33,218 bases of DNA, taken from the NCBI GenBank assembly GCA_044892505.1, contig CM097882.1, positions 309,286,783 to 309,320,000 on the forward strand, written 5' to 3'. Below the pieces are notes generated by a model. It did no database searches. It was given only the letters and a program-made list of their open reading frames with translations, and had not been told where the DNA came from. The translations under genes were made by a program, and so were the position numbers. Numbering within the stretch: the stretch's first letter is position 1; every line of letters begins with the position of its first letter. Below, one piece after another: positions 33,068 through 33,218 of the stretch. Origin of the DNA: Schmidtea nova (Eukaryota).

Positions 33068-33217
33068 TTATTGTTCATCGTTTTCTTTTCCTTCTTCTTC
33101 TTCTTCTTCTTCCTCCTCTTCTTCTTCTTCTTCTTCTACTTCTTCTTCTTCCTCAACACCATCAGACTTTCGATGGCATTCTGCACAATCAGGTGATTGT
33201 GGCGAATCCATACAATC
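33068..33217 (-). CDS. 3' end of an ORF with a poly-Glu tail; start lies outside the window
   Basis: DCMDSPQSPDCAECHRKSDGVEEEEE...GKENDEQ*. Confidence 0.4.
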   Translation of the reverse strand, partial: DCMDSPQSPDCAECHRKSDGVEEEEEVEEEEEEEEEEEEEEEGKENDEQ

Positions 33218-33218
33218 A

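Overview
AT-rich animal-type genomic DNA (about 44-bp GT-AG introns, microsatellites, one 129-nt N gap) made almost entirely of decayed mobile elements and isolated gene fragments. Nothing prokaryotic and no CRISPR. Main contents: (1) A rearranged 28S-rDNA-targeting non-LTR retrotransposon remnant. On the - strand, a 28S fragment ending at the R2-type target is fused to a 5' leader with a well-formed HDV-like ribozyme (3341-3487). This is joined back-to-back to a + strand NeSL/R5/Utopia-type restriction-like endonuclease 3' end. (2) A solitary, spliced, frameshifted protein-primed family-B DNA polymerase gene with an embedded endonuclease VII domain (4331-8707). (3) Gypsy-like gag remnants and one clear LTR. 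(4) A repeated cassette of three unrecognised intronless ORFs showing purifying selection between copies (14.7-16.9 kb and 19.4-21.2 kb). (5) Two hAT remnants, one carrying a 28S fragment. (6) Host fragments: HDDC3/MESH1 last exon, an S1P-phosphatase exon and cadherin-like ORFs. (7) A virus/Polinton-like terminal region with AP-1 and E2F site arrays, a BCMA/TACI/Grindelwald-like TNF-receptor ORF and a second ORF flanked by 83-bp direct repeats. A planarian-like flatworm host would fit, but this is inference only. All protein calls are from motif recognition by eye; no searches were run.
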